Below are positions 1-14,100 of a DNA stretch of 64,000 nucleotides, piece by piece. The number at the start of each line of letters is the position of its first letter. The first letter of the stretch is position 1. A model generated the notes under the pieces. That model worked only from the letters and a program-made list of their open reading frames with translations. It made no database searches and had not been told where the DNA came from. The position numbers and the translations under genes are program-made. This stretch comes from Scyliorhinus canicula (Eukaryota): NCBI RefSeq assembly GCF_902713615.1, contig NC_052147.1, positions 166,574,410 through 166,638,409 on the forward strand, written 5' to 3'.

Positions 1-2969
1 CTCCTACAGTAACCCCGCCTCCAGGACCTCCAAATATCTCCTATCCACCTGGAGTATCTCCCCAACCAACTTATCCATTTCTGCTTGTTCCATGGTTTCT
101 CCATGGGCCAAATCAAGATTAACTCCCCTCTAACCACTGCCTTCAGAGCTTCCCACACCGTTGCTGCCAAGACTTCCCCCGTATCATTTATTTCCAAATA
201 GTTCTGGATGGACTTGCTCACCCGCCCGCACACCCCCTCATCTGCTAATAGTCCCACATCCAACCTCCATAGCGGGCGCTGCCCTCTCTCCTTACTCACC
301 CGTAAATCCATCCAATGTGGGGCATGGTCCGACACAGTGAGCGCTGAATACTCGGTATCAACCACCCCCAGCACTAACACCCTGATCAGGATAAAAAGGT
401 TGATCCTAGAATATATTTTGTGCACATAGGGAGAAAAAAGAAAGCTCCTTCACTCTTGGCCGTCCAAACCTCAATGGATCAACCCCCCAAACTGCTCCAT
501 GAACCCCTTTAGTTCCTTCGCTACGGCTGGCACCCTCCCTGTCTTAGATTTTGACTGGTCCAACCCTGGGTCAATGACCGTATTAAAACCTCCTCCCATG
601 ATCAACTTATGTGACTCTAGGTCCAGAATCTTACCAAACACCCGCCTCATAAATTCAACATTGTCCCAATTTGTTGCATATATATTCACAGGTACCACCC
701 ACTCACCATGATGTACCTGCCACCCCCCCCCCCCCCCCCCCCCCCCCCCGCCACATCCTACACAATTCTCCCTGCCTCGAATGCCACCCATTTGCTGATC
801 AGGATCGTGACCCCCCGGTCTTAAAGTCCAGCCCTGAATTAAATGCTTGGCCGTTGCACCCCTTCCTCAGTCTGTTCTGGTCTATAACGTTCAGGTGTGT
901 CTCTTGTAACATTGTCACGTCCACCTTCAGTCCCCTCAGATGCATGAACACATGAGCCCTCTTAACTAGCACATTTAGCCCTCTGGCGTTCCAAGTGATC
1001 AGCCTAGTCGAGGGGCTTCCTGCCCCCTCCTCGTGCCGATCAGCCATCACCCTTCATAGGTCAGCCTCCAGATCACGACCCTCGCTTCCGTGGGCCTGCC
1101 CTCGGGCATCTGCCGTCCTTGACCTCCCTTTTGTCCCCAAGCAACAGTTCCTCCCCTGTCAGCAGAGCAGCTCACCCCACCCCTATTAGCAGCATCACAA
1201 TCCCAACCCCCCCATACCAAGCGTATCACCTGCTCACCCCCCACTGCGCTTCCGTGAACTAGCTCACCTAGTAGCCTGGTAGCTCCCGCCCATGACATCA
1301 GACACCCTATCTCCCTACTGTTCTCCCTCCTTCCCCCCGCTCAGACATCCATATTCAGAGCATCACAGTCCCCAGTAAACAAACAGCAGAAAAAATCCCC
1401 CCACCCATCACCCATCCAGAACAGATTTAAATTACATTTCTGAGCAACTGCTCAAACACTTTATCAAACTAAAACCAAAGAAAAAGGAAGGAGCAAAAAA
1501 ACAAGATAATCCCTTGTTGCAGAGAGCATTGCATATCCAGAACCTTACATAAATAAATTTAAACCAAATCGATCCTGCAATGCCCTCCCCCAAGATTCAG
1601 TCTCCTTCGACCCCTGCCAGCCTTTTGTCCTTGATGAAGTTTATTGCTTTGCCTGGTGATTCAAAGTAAAGTTCCTGGCCCACAAAAGTGACCTACAGAC
1701 ACGTTGGATATAACATCCTGAACTTCACCCCCTTCTTGAAGAGGGCTGATTTTGCCCTGTTAAATCCGGCTCGCCTTTTGGCCAGTTCCACGCCCAGGTC
1801 CTGGTAGATGCGCAACTCACAGTTCTCCCAGTTGCAGCTCTATCTCTGCTTGGCCCACCGCAAATCTGTTCCTTGTGCAGGAACCGGTGCATTCATAGAA
1901 CATAGAACATAGAACAGTACAGCACAGAACAGGCCCTTCGGCCCTCGATGTTGTGCCGAGCAATGATCACCCTACTCAAAACCACGTATCCACCCTATAA
2001 CCGTAACTCAACAACCCCTCCCCCCCCCAACCTTACTTTTTTTTTTAGGACACTACGGGCAATTTAGCATGGCCAATCCACCTAACCCGCACATCTTTGG
2101 ACTGTGGGAGGAAACCGGAGCACCCGGAGGAAACCCACGCACACACGGGGAGGACGTGCAGACTCCACACAGACAGTGACCCAGCCGGGAATTGAACCTG
2201 GGACCCTGGAGCTGTGAAGCATTTATGCTAACCACCATGCTACCGTGCTGCCCTATCACCATCGCCCTCGGCGGTTTGTTAGCTCACGGCTTTCTTGCAA
2301 GCGCTCTTTGCATTCTGTCCACCTCCAAGGGTCCAGTAAATGTCCCCTCTCACATCAACTTTTGCAGCATACTTTGCCACATATTCCCTCGCGTCCGATC
2401 CCTCACTACCCTCCGGGAGGCATATGATCCTCAGGTTCTGTCTCCTGGACCTGTTCTCAAAATCCTCAAACTTCTCCTGCAGTCTTTTCTGGTGGTCCTT
2501 CATCAGCCCCACCTCAGCCTCCGACACAGTTAGATAGTCCTCGTGCTTGGACACCTTTTCCTCCACCTTCTGGATCGTCCATCCGTGGGTTTCTAGCCCC
2601 TGTTCAACCCGATCTATCGATGCCTTAATCTTGTCTAGGGTATCCTACTTTAGCGAAGCTCTCCTCAAAGAACTTCACCAGCTGTACCATCGACCACTGT
2701 GCCACCGCACCAGGATCCTGCGCACCCGCCATGCTTTCCTGTGGTGCCGTTTCTGCACGCGCCTTCTTTGCTCGACTATGTCTGCTTGTGAAGCCACTTC
2801 TAGTCCACTGCTCCATATACTGGTTGGGACTTTTTCCCCACTGTCTCACTCTCCACCGATTATTCCAATAAAATTCTGACAAAATCGGGAGGAAAGTTCC
2901 AAAAGCTCCGTCGCAAGCGAGTGCTACCAAATGTGCGATCACCTACTGCATGGCCGCCACCGGAAGTGT
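1..2969 (-). mobile_element. L1-clade LINE, 5' part (5'UTR, ORF1, endonuclease of ORF2); decayed; continues off window start
   Basis: ORF1 remnant FENRSRRQNLRIICLPEGSEG (2279-2566) and RIYQDL..ELAKRR (~1770-1815); APE motifs RLITWNARGLN..KR and MLQETHL (799-1050), VNIYA..LIMGGGFN (471-791); frameshifts and stops; 5' end CACTTCCGGTGGCGGCCATG at ~2969. Confidence 0.85.
1893..2253 (-). mobile_element. HE1-like tRNA-derived SINE with CR1-type 3' tail (TTCTATG)n, inserted in L1 ORF1
   Basis: GGGCAGCACGGTAGCATGGTGGTTAGCA head, B-box GGTTCAATTCC, GGGTTTCCTCCGGGTGCTCCGGTTTCCTCCCACAGTCCAAAGATGTGC core, tail matching CR1 3' ends in the window. Confidence 0.85.
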
Positions 2970-5900
2970 CAAGTCTGTCTTTTCCAACCATCTCTCATGC
3001 TACCATCTAGGGATTACTTAGTTGTTACTTCTAAACATTACCCTTTATATACATACAGGTGTGCAGATTACTACATCCCCTTTTTTTTAACACATTTTCT
3101 GAACTGGTTAAAGAAAATTGTACAACAAGAAAATATAAATAAGGATGTGTATAACTGTACAAGTTATGACAATATTGATAATTATACAAAGTTAAGTATC
3201 ATTTTAGAGTCCAATATCTATAAATTGAATTGGTTGGGTTTCTTTCTTCTTCTATTAGATTTTTATACCTGTTGAAATGATGATGTGGATAATTTAATGC
3301 CATTGTGAACGTCGTCTGTCGTCTTGCTGTGAAGTAAATTTTGTCAAATGAGTAGCTCATTTAGATTCAATGTAGGAAATCTGGTGATTGAAGTCGAATC
3401 TTCAGTAGATCTTGCCGGTTGCGTCAAAAAATCAGCTGATTTGGCGATGTAGGATCGCGGGGCTGTTTGCCTGTGTACAGTGGCTGGAGCAGACCATCCT
3501 CCCTTTGGTTTTCTTAGTCTGACAGTCTCATCTTTTGTCAGTGGGTTTGAGCTTGATCGTGTGCTGATCATAGCATTGTCACTGTTTAGAACATTGTTCT
3601 TTGATTTTTTGAGAACATACACGTGATCAGGATCGTTGAGTTTTATTGCAGGTAAAGTTGTTCGGCCGTCTCTGTTAAAATGTATCTGAGCTAGTGACAG
3701 TCCTGAGCTTAATGGAGTTGCTCGGTACGATAACAAAGCCAAACGTATGTCAGATTGTTAATCATTCACTTTACTGATAAGTTGTTTGATGATGTGAAAA
3801 CCTTTTCCAACTTTCCCATTGGATTGTGAGTAGTGTGGATTAGATGTCACATGACGAAAGTTGTAGTTATTTGAAACCTCTGTCCATTCCCAATTCGCGA
3901 AACATCGAACATTACAGTGTGCGGAATCCCATGTCGCGAAAAAAGCCTTTATGACAGATGAAGAAGTAAGATCAGGAAGTTTCATAACCTCCGGAAAGTT
4001 TGAGTAGTAGTCCATGATGAGAACGTAGTCACGACCAGTAGCATGGAACAGATCGATGCCTTCTTTTGTCCGTAGTGACGTTGTTAACTCATGTTGCTGA
4101 AGTGTCTCTTTACACTACAGGTTGATGCTTCCGACAGGTATCACATGTCATGACCATGTCAGTTATCTTTATGTTGATGCCAGGCCAGTAAACTGTCTGT
4201 CATGCTCTCCTCTTACATTTCCCAATTCCGAGATGTCCCTTGTGAATCTTGTGTAGCATCTCAGAGCACAGACTCAGTGGAATTAATATTTTGTCATTGG
4301 GTAACAATAGACCATCAATTACTTTTATCTCGGTCTGAATGTTTTGATATTGTAGGCATTGTCCCTTTGGCCAACTATGCTGGAAATGGTGCATCACCCT
4401 TAGCAAGGTTGCATCTTTCTATGTTTCTTGACCAATCAGTTGGAGCGTCTCTTCAGATGCCGGAAGATTCTCCGCGCATAACTGCGTTTGAGCTTGTCTC
4501 TAATAAATTCTGGTGGTGAACTTTCTGTGTCAATTGATCTGGATAACATATTAGCAATCATGAGATCTTTTCCCGCAGTGTATACCAAGTTGAAATCATA
4601 CCTCCTTAACTTCATCATGATGCACTGTAGGCGAGGAGTCATGTCATTTAAATTCTTCTCAATGATGTGGACCAACGGCCTGTGATCCGCTTCCACTATA
4701 AAGGTTGGAAGCCCATACACATAGTCCTGGAATTTCAGTATTCCCGTGAGTAACCCAAGACATTCCTTTTCTACCTGTGTATATCTGCATTCTGTTGCAG
4801 TCATAGCCCTTGAAGCATATGCAACAGGAACCCAATCAGATTGGTCATCTTGCTGTAAAGGAACTGCGCCTATTCCATCCTGACTTTCATCAGTGGGCAT
4901 CTTGGTTGCTCTAGTTGGGTTGAAAAAGCAAGAATTGGTGCAGTCATTAGTTGATGCTTGAGATCCACCCATTAATAATATGGTGACTTTGTGTCCATTT
5001 AAAGTTGGTGGTCATCCTTATCAAATTGTGTAAAGCTGACGTCCTCATGGATAGGTTCAAGATAAACTTGCCCTAGAAGTTTACAAAGCCCAGAAATCTT
5101 CGCACAGCCTTTTTATCCTGGGGCATTTTCATATTCTGGATTGCAGAAATCTTCGCATCATCTGGCCTGACACCTTGACTGGATATGGTACCTCCCAAGA
5201 AGTTTAACTATGCTTGTGCAAATGTACACTTTGATTGGTTTAGTTTCAATCCAAACTTATGGACTCTTTGAAACACCATGTTCAAATGACAAATGTGTTC
5301 TTCTTCAGTCGTGGATCAGATGATTATGTCTTTGACGTAGACTCTTACACCATCGATACCCTCTGTCATCTGCTCCATTATCCTATGGAAAATCTCTGAA
5401 GCGGATATTATCCCAAAGGACATGCGGTTAAAGCAGAAGCATCCAAATGGAGTTTTGAAAGTGCACAATAACCTGTATGAGTCGTCAAGCTGCATCTTTC
5501 AGATTCCCTGAGAAGTTTTGAGTTCAGCGAAGATTCGAGCATTGGCTCGTCACATGTGATCTCTTCATACTTAGGAATGGGATAACGAATATTTTTGGTC
5601 ATATTCTTTGGATCTAGGCAGTTTCAAAGATCTCCAGATGATTTCTTGACACATACTAGAGAGCTGACTCAGTCAGTCGGTGGTGTGACTTGAGAGATGA
5701 TTCCTTGTGATTGTAGTCGGTCAAGTTCGAGTTTCAACCTCTCTCGCAAAGGAGCAGGAACCCATCCAGGTAGATGAATTACATGTTTTACATATTTTTT
5801 CAGTAAAACCTTGTACTGATAAGGTAAAGTACCCATACCTTTAAATATATCAGGATATTTTTGAAGTATCTGCTGGATTTCAGCTTCCACGTGTGAAGTA

Positions 5901-6990
5901 TCCTGAGTATTCATATAGATTCATTGAACAAGCCGCAAGTCTCCACAAGTCTGAGCGCCTGACAGTGATAATTTCTCGTTCTCCACTATCTCAAATCGTA
6001 GTGTCTTCTTGTTTGTGACTTTAAGATGGCACGATCCTCTTGAAGCGATCTGGTTGCCATTGTAGTCTTTCAGCCTACATGCAGCAGGTAGCATCTCATG
6101 TTCTCCTGGAATCATATTGAGATCTTTGTTTGACAGTAGATTGGCTGAAGCCCCAGTGTCAAGCTTGAATAATACTGGAAAATTGTTAACTTGCACTGTT
6201 GAAGTCCATTCACTGTTGGAGTTGATCATGTTGACCTGTGAGGAGGGTTGGTTATTGCTTGAGGTTCTTCACACTTTTCAATTATTCCCATGAAAAACGT
6301 GTTTTCTAAGGAAAAATGATCCTCTTCGGATGAATAATTTTGTTCAGATTTGTTCTGCTCCAATGAATCCACACTGCGAACGTTGACGTTCTTTTGTTTT
6401 GCTTTCGGAGGTTGATATTTCGCTGTAGATCTGTATTGTGAGTGATTGAGTTTTCCAAACTTTAAACATTTTTTGCCTTGAACCGGACATTTCCTTTTTA
6501 AGTGGGCGTTGCCATGTCGGTAACATGTGATGACATTGTCTCTCTGATGCATGAGATACATTCGCGCATGCGCAGACTTCTTTTATTTAGTCTTGCATTT
6601 TTGAGCCAAGTGCAAATGTCCCGGGTTGGAGTGTGCGCGCGCAAGCTAGCTGCATCCGAAACGTGCTTCTTTACTGCCTGCGACACCATTTAACACTCTT
6701 GATCTCGTGGTTGACGTTCGCACCTTTTTCACGATGATAAAATTCAAGATATTGATTTTTACTCTGTTGGGGAAATAAACACTTTTCAATTGCGATTTTC
6801 AGCGTTAAATCTTGCTGACATAACAATGCTTCCCTTAGACTCTCATCACATATTCCATACACTATCTGATCCCGGATCAGTGGCTCATGCAATCTGCAGA
6901 GTTACAAGTTTGTGCTAGTAATTATAAATCAGTGACAAATCTGGTGAACAATTCCCCATGTTTTTGCAAATGTCAATGGCAAGGATTCAC
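2968..6990 (-). mobile_element. Decayed Gypsy/Ty3 LTR retrotransposon (gag-protease-RT-RNaseH-integrase, PPT, partial 3' LTR)
   Basis: gag IRDQIVYGI (6671-6892); protease FKLDTGASANLL (5921-6229); RNaseH PVAYASRAMT..E.RY.QVEKECLG (4436-4972); integrase GHLGIGKCKRRA, TSNPHYSQSNG, ALLSYRATPL; PPT AAAAAAAAGGGGA 3076-3088 followed by TGTAGT LTR start at 3075, LTR truncated by the L1. Confidence 0.88.
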
Positions 6991-7632
6991 TCAAATTATC
7001 TGAAGCAAAATAATAGTCATGAAAAAAATAATGATACTGAAGCCTGACAAATCCTCAGGGTTAGGATTTAAAAGAAGTAGGCAAGGCCATTGCAATTCGG
7101 GATGGGCAACAGGACCAGAAGATTCCACTGGCGAGAACGGCCATCAGGGTTTGCAACATAATTGTGGGGAAAACCATTGCTCCCCGCTTTTGTGACTCAC
7201 CTCTTCTCACAACTCTTTCCCCTCTCCCCGATCAAAACTTTCAACATCACAGTTGGCCCTCACAATATTTTTCGAGAATACCTTCAGCTAGTAGGAATAA
7301 AAAAACATTCACAATTACTCTGTTTCCTGTCACTCAATCAATGTGGCCACTTTCCCAATAATTCCATGAGTGTCAATTTTACTGGCAGCTTAACATGCTG
7401 CAGTTTATCAATCACCCTTTCAAAATCCTTATAGACAAATGTTTTTCAAACATTTTTGCACGTAATCCATTTTTACCAACCGGCCATCATTCGGGACCCA
7501 TGCCGGCCAACTTTCATTACCCACGCTGACCGACCTTCGCATCCCATGCCGATGGACCTTTGCGACCCACGCCAGCCAACATTCGCGACCCACCATTTTC
7601 TATTACCTTAATGCGAGAAGTAAACCTGGGCT

Positions 7633-10600
7633 TATAGAACATAGAACATTACAGCGCAGTACGGGCCCTTCGGCCCTCGATGTTGCGCCGACCTGTGAAA
7701 CCATCTGAAGCCTATCTGACCTACATTATTCCATTTTCACCCATATGTCTATCCAGTGACCACTTAAATGCCCTTAAAGTTGGCGAGTCTACTACTGTTG
7801 CAGGCAGGGCGTTCCACACCCCTACTACTCTCTGAGTAAAGAAACTGCCTCTGACATCTGTCCTATATCTACCACCACTCAATTTAAAGCTATGTCCCCT
7901 CGTGTTGGTCATCACCATCCGAGGAAAAAGACTCTCACTGTCCACCCTATCTAACCCTCTGACTATCTTATATGTCTCTATTAAGTCACCTCTCAGCCTT
8001 CTCCTCTCTAACGAAAACAACCTCAAGTCCCTGAGCCTTTCCTCGTAAGACCTTCCCTCTATACCAGGCAACATCCTAGTAAATCTCCTCTGAACCCTTT
8101 CCAAAGCTTCCACATCCTTCCTATAATGTGGTGACCAGAACTGCACGCAGTACTCCAGGAGCGGCCGCACCAGAGTTATGTACAGCTACAGCATGACCTT
8201 GTGGCTCCGAAACTCAATCCCCCTACTGATAAAGGCTAGCACACCATATGCCTTCTTAACAGCCCTATTAACCTGGGTGGCAACTTTCAGGGATTTATGT
8301 ACCTGGATGCCGAGATCTCTCTGTTCATCTACACTACCAAGAATCTTGCCATTAGCCCAGTACTCTGCATTCCTGTTACTCCTTCCAAAGTGAACCACCT
8401 CATACTTTTCCACATTAAACTCCATCTGCCACCTCTCAGCCCAGCTCTGCAGCTTATCTATGTCCCTCTGTATCCTATAACATCCTTCAGCGCTATCCAC
8501 AACTCCACCGACCTTCGTGTCATCTGCAAATTTACTAACCCATCCTTCTACACCCTCTTCCAGGTCATTTATAGAAATTACAAACAGCAGTGGCCCCAAA
8601 ACAGATCCTTGCGGTACACCACTAGTAACTGAACTCCAGGATGAACATTTGCCATCAACCACCACCCTCTGTCTTCTTTCAGCTAGCCAATTACTGATCC
8701 AAACCGCTAAATCACCTTCGATCCCATACTTCCTTATTTTCTGCAATAACCTACCGTGGGGAACCTTATCAAACGCCTTACTGAAATCCATATACACCAC
8801 ATCAACCGCTTTACTCTCATCCACCTGTTTGGTCACCTTCTCAAAAAACTCAATAAGGTTTGTGAGGCATGACCTACCCTTTACAAAACCGTGTTGAGTA
8901 TCGCTAATCAACTTGTTCTTTTCAAGATGATTATAAACCCTATCTCTTATAAACTTTTCCAACATTTCACCCACAACCGAAGTAAGGCTCACAGGTCTAT
9001 AATTACCAGGGTTGTCTCTACTCCCCTTCTTGAACAAGGGGACAACATTTGCTATCCTCCAGTCTTCCGGCACTATTCCTGTCGACAAAGACGACATAAA
9101 GATCAAGGACAAAGGCTCTGCAATCTCCTCCCTGGCTTCCCAGAGAATCCTAGGATAAATCCCATCTGGCCCAGGGGACTTATCTATTTTGACATTTTCC
9201 AAAATTGATAACACCTCCTCCTTTTGAACCTCAATTCCATCTAGCCTGGTCGACTGAACCTGAGTATTCTCCTCGACAACATTGTCTTTCTCCAGTGTAA
9301 ACACTGATGAAAAATATCCATTTAACGCTTCCCCTATCTCCTCTGATTCCACACACAACTTTCCACTACTATCCTTGATTGGCCCTAATCTTACTCTAGT
9401 CATTCTTTTGTTCCTGATATACCGAAAGAAAGCCTTAGGGTTTTCCTTGATCCTATCCATCAACGACTTTTCGTGTCCTCTCCTCGCTCTTCTTAACTCT
9501 CCCTTTAGGTCCTTCCTGGCTAACTTGTAACTCTCAAGTGCCCTAACTGAGCCTTCATGTCTCATCCTAACATAAGCCTTCTTCTTCCTCTTGACAAGTG
9601 CTTCCACTTCCTTAGTAAACCACGGTTCCCTTGCTCGACAACTTCCTCCCTGCCTGACAGGTACATACTTATCAAGGACACGCAGTAGCTGTTTCTTGAA
9701 AAAGCTCCACATTTCGATTGTACCCATCCCCTGCAGTTTCCTTCCCCATCCTATACATCCTAAATCTTGCCGAATAGCATCATAATTGCCTTTCCCCCAG
9801 CTATAATTCTTGCCTTGCGGTATATACCTATCCCTGCCCATTGCTAAAGTAAACATAACCGAGTTGTGATCACTATCACCAAAGTGCTCACCTACATCTA
9901 AATCTAACACCTGGCCGGGTTCATTACCCAGTACCAAATCCAATGTGGCCTCGCCCCTTGTTGGCCTGTCTACATACTGTGTCAGAAAACCCTCCTGCAC
10001 ACACTGCACAAAAACTGACCCATCTATTGTACTCAAACTATAGTATTTCCAGTCAATATTCGGAAAGTCAAAGTCCCGCATAACAACTACCCTGTTACTC
10101 TCGCTCCTGTCGAGAATCATCTTTGCAATCCTTTCCTCTACATCTCTGGAACTATTCGGAGGTCTATAGTGTTGCACGTTTTACTATGGGTGTAATACGC
10201 GTTTATTGGAGTGTATTAACACGCCTCCGTTTAAAGGCCGTGTGCTTAACACTACTAGGCTCTATGTATGTATTTTCATCTCAGGAGTCGCCAGATGCCG
10301 TATAGACACCTCACAAATATTCCAAGGTCAGGTTCAAAGTAATAAAACGATACACCGATTAGTAAGTTCCAAACGATCAATATTTATTATACAATTATAA
10401 TAAATACGCATGCACACGCTAAGGGACTAAGCTATGACTAAACTAAGCGATCAGAATACTTAACTAAACAGGAACAGGCAAGGTCAGGGAGCGAGGCCTT
10501 CGTTCCGATCTTGGTCTGCAACCTTCAGAGAGCGTGCTGGTCACTGGGGGTCTAGAGGGCCTGGTTCGCGTAGCGAGCGTCGTATTGGCACTTACGGTTC

Positions 10601-11900
10601 GGCGGCTGGTGCTCAACGGCTGGAGTCAGGATACATGTTGGAGTTCTTGGTCAAAGCCGGAGCACGAAACAACAGACAGGACCATGGGTGGGGGTCTATC
10701 TTTTATAGGGGTCCCCAATGTCCGTGCCTTCTCGGGGCGGGCTTTACCTTCAGGTATCGATTGGATCACTCCCAACCGATATCTTTTGAATTCCTCCAAT
10801 GTGAGGGTCTTTCTTGATGGCGGGGGCGGTTTCTAGTGGATACTTCTGGTGCCACTCTGTCTGGACATCCACTTAAAGTATCTTATTCACCCAAATGTTG
10901 CCATTGTGTGTGCCTAGATCTGGACTGCCTCATTAGTATGCAAAGTGTTTTGCTATTATCACCTTTGGTTTGAGATCTTCCACCTGGCCAGAAACTAGTT
11001 TTGCTGCTTGCAAAATGCTAATGAGTCTTTGCAGACTGCTGCCTTGGATAAACTGCTTTTTCCCTGCAGTCTTAGCGATTCTCCATCTTGTTTAGTCCAG
11101 TGTCCATTTTAGGTGGCTACAGTGGCTACAATAGACAACTCCCAACAGGGTGACCTCTCCTCTCCTGTTCCTAACCTCGGCCCATACTACCTCAGTAGAC
11201 GAGTCCTCAAACGCCCTTTCTACCGCCGTAATACTTTCCTTGATTAACAATGCCACCCCCCCCCCCCTCTTTTACCATCTTCTCTGTTCTGACAGAAACA
11301 TCTAAATCCTGGAACCTGCAACAACCATTCCTGTCCCTGCTCTACCCATGTCTCCAAAATCGCCACAACATCGAGATTCCAGGTACCAACCCATGCTGCA
11401 AGCTCATCCACCTTCTTCCGGATGCTCCTGGCGTTGAAGTAGACACACTTCAAACCAGCGTCTTGCTTGCCGGTGCCCTATTTCAAACTTTTAACCCTAT
11501 CCCTGACCTCACTACTCTCAACATCCTGTACACTGGGACTACAATTTAGGTTCCCATCCCCCTGCTGAATTAGTTTAAACCCCCCAGAAGAGCACTAGCA
11601 AATCTCCCCCCCAGGATATTGGTACCCCTCTGGTTCAGGTGAAGACCATCCTGTTTGTAGAGGTCCCACCTACCCCAGAATGAGCCCCAATTATCCAGGA
11701 AACCAAAACCCTCCCTCCTGCACCATCCCTGCAGCCACGTGTTCAACTCCTCTCTCTCCTTATTTCTCACTTCGCTAGCACGTGGCACGGGTAACAACCC
11801 AGAGATAACAACTCTGTTTGTTCTAGCTCTCAGCTTCCACCCTAGCTCCCTAAATTTCTGTCTCAAATCCCCATCTCTCTTCCTACCTATGTCGTTGGTA
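7633..11900 (-). mobile_element. Young CR1 LINE (3' end of ORF1 plus ORF2), disrupted by a solo LTR and a nonsense codon
   Basis: ORF 8186-10177 with DKSPGPDG, NYRPVSLTS, GVPQGSVLGP, SKFADD; stop at 8186; ORF1 esterase C-terminus DGLHLN (11570-11866); endonuclease FNARS (11244-11453); (TTCTATG)n tail at 7633. Confidence 0.93.
10170..11130 (-). mobile_element. Solo LTR (961 bp), 4-bp TSD ATAG
   Basis: TGTTGC...GCTACA termini; ATAG at 10166-10169 and 11131-11134; CR1 endonuclease frame resumes across it; related to LTR at 40953. Confidence 0.88.
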
Positions 11901-13049
11901 CACAGTACATTATATTCTGTAGTCTAGAGTAGCGAAGAATGAGAAATTACCTCATTGAAACAGGCATTATTCTCTCTGGACTCCACAGTCTAGATGCAGA
12001 ATGTAAGTTTTCCTTAGATGGGTGGTTTACAGCCTGGGGATATAGTCTGTAAATTACAGTGTGACGATTTTAGTCATAGATGAGGAGAAATAATTTAACT
12101 CAAGATATTGTGAATCTTTTAAAACTCAGGAGGATGCAATGATTCTCTCTGGGCTCAGGATGCGCACTGATGAGTGGCCATCAAGATACACGAACCCAAT
12201 TTGCTTTGAACAAAGTTTGGGTGTCTTTCATTAAGTAATCCATATTTCTCCAAGTCACGTGAAGTTTGTCCCAGATTATTGTTTATAAACGTTTGTGCAC
12301 TGTTGAGAGTAAACTGACTAGCCTGTAGTTGTTGAGTTTTCATCCTTTATTTGATAAGGATGTAATGTTTGGAATTCTCCAGACTTCTGACACCATTCCC
12401 ATATCTAAGGAAGAATGGAAGAATATGGCCAGTACCATTGCAATTTCCACCATTACTTCCCTCAACATCCTTTACAGTGGCCGGGATTTTCCGTTTGTGA
12501 GACTATGGGCTGGATACTCTGCTATCGGGATTCTCCGTTGCACCTGCAGCGCACCCACGCCCAAGGATTTCATGACGGTGTGGGGCTGCCCACAATGGGA
12601 AATACCATTGACCAAATAACTGGTGTGGTAGCACGGAGAAACCAGCACCATGTTCTCTCACCGGAGGTGAATTGGAACTGTTTTATGCTCCAAAATCAGG
12701 AAGCATTTTGGTATCCCTCACCATGCAAATTTATGGATACCGAGGAATACGAGGCATTCCTCAGGGAATTCCACTGTCGGGCCACCTACTCAAAATATCG
12801 GCTCAAAATGGGTCAATAGGACTCATTTGCATCCAATAGTGGGCGTGAAATCTGCCACCAGCAGGGGCCAGAGCATAGCAGTCAGTTCACCACTCAGCTC
12901 GAACCTCGATTTTGGCCAGACACCCAATTCTCCGCCTGAGTTTCATTCGCGGTTGAATTTAATGGAAATAAGCAGGATCTCACCAATTGGTTGGAGAACC
13001 AATGGAGTCTCACATTGCCATTTTTAGGGCAGATCCGTCACTTTAAGTG

Positions 13050-13600
13050 GCTCTTCGGCATTTATAGTTTTGGTCTCCTTACCTATAGGAGGACATACTT
13101 GCCACAAAACAAGTGCAGTGGAGATTCTCTGGAATGAGTTCTGGATTAATGGGATTGCCCAATGAAGGGAGATTGAGGAGGCTGTATTCTCCAGGGCTCA
13201 GAAGAATGAGAGGCGATTTCATTGAAACTTACAAATTTCTTTGGGGATTGACAAGGTAGATGAAGGAAGGATGTTTCCCTTGGTTGGGGTGGGGAGAGAA
13301 TGAGGTGGAGTATCAATAACCAGGGAAGATAGATGCAGAATAAATGGTAGGCAATTTAGAATTGATATTGAGATGATTCTTTTCACTCTTTGGAATTTAC
13401 TACTTCCGAGGGCTGTGAAGTCTCAGTCATTGAATATGTTCAAGACAGTGATTGATAATATCTAGGTATTAAAGATATCAGAGATATGGGGAAAATGCAG
13501 GAAAATAGCATTGAGATAGAAGATCAGCCATGGACTGGATGAATGGCGGTGCATGCTTGAGGGGTTAAATGGCCAACTTCTGCTCTGATTTCCTTTCTAA
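13050..13600 (+). mobile_element. Old CR1 3' fragment
   Basis: Degenerate RRMRGDFIETYK region and typical 3'UTR GATCAGCCATG..GAATGGCGG..GAGGGGTTAAATGGCC. Confidence 0.7.
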
Positions 13601-13872
13601 CCTCCTGTTAGGTCAAGGATCACATTGCCTGTGGTTGTCAAGATGGCTGGAGTTATAGGTTCATTTAATGGAGCTCCTGGATATGCAAGCAACATCTCAG
13701 AGTTTACATGATGAGGCTCTCTATACAAATTCATCTCCTTCTGACATAGCAAAGATAAGCATGTGGAGTGAGAACGAGGTTTTTTCAGGATTCTGAACTT
13801 TCCATGATGCAGGATGCCATTGAGTGTCAGTACATATCTTTGTGTACATCTGACCTCAACTCTCTTATGTAC

Positions 13873-14100
13873 TGGGGTCGGTTTAGTTCAGTTGGCTGGA
13901 CGGCTGGATTGTGATGCAGAGTGAGGCCAACAGCACGGGTTCAATTCCTGGCTGAGGTTATCCATGAAGGCCCCGCCTTCTCTGCCTTGCCCCTTGTCTA
14001 AGGTGTGGTGATTCTCAGCTTAAATCACCACCAGTCTGCTCTCCCCCTCAAAGGGGAAAGTGGCCTATGGTCACCTGGGACTCTGATGAGTTTACCTACT
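13873..14100 (+). mobile_element. tRNA-derived SINE (second family)
   Basis: A-box TTTAGTTCAGTTGG, B-box GGGTTCAATTCC, no CCA or cloverleaf closure. Confidence 0.65.

Noticed and set aside
671-955. Poly-Pro / poly-Gly ORFs at the long C run (~722-749), likewise at 45525 and 56347
   Set aside because: Homopolymer expansions inside L1 or MITE sequence (length possibly a sequencing artefact); not genes.
1893-2253. tRNA genes suggested by A/B boxes in many copies
   Set aside because: These are SINE heads followed by core and tail sequence; no complete cloverleaf.
7470-7632. Imperfect ~23-bp tandem motif (TTCGCGACCCACGCC) as a possible CRISPR-like array
   Set aside because: No unique spacers, degenerate units, eukaryotic context; also seen inverted near 38340-38420 beside a CAGTGTTT end, so probably subterminal repeats of a DNA transposon.
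8178-9785. Numerous antisense ORFs repeated in each CR1 copy
   Set aside because: Shadow frames of the CR1 ORF2; recurrence reflects copy identity, not separate genes.
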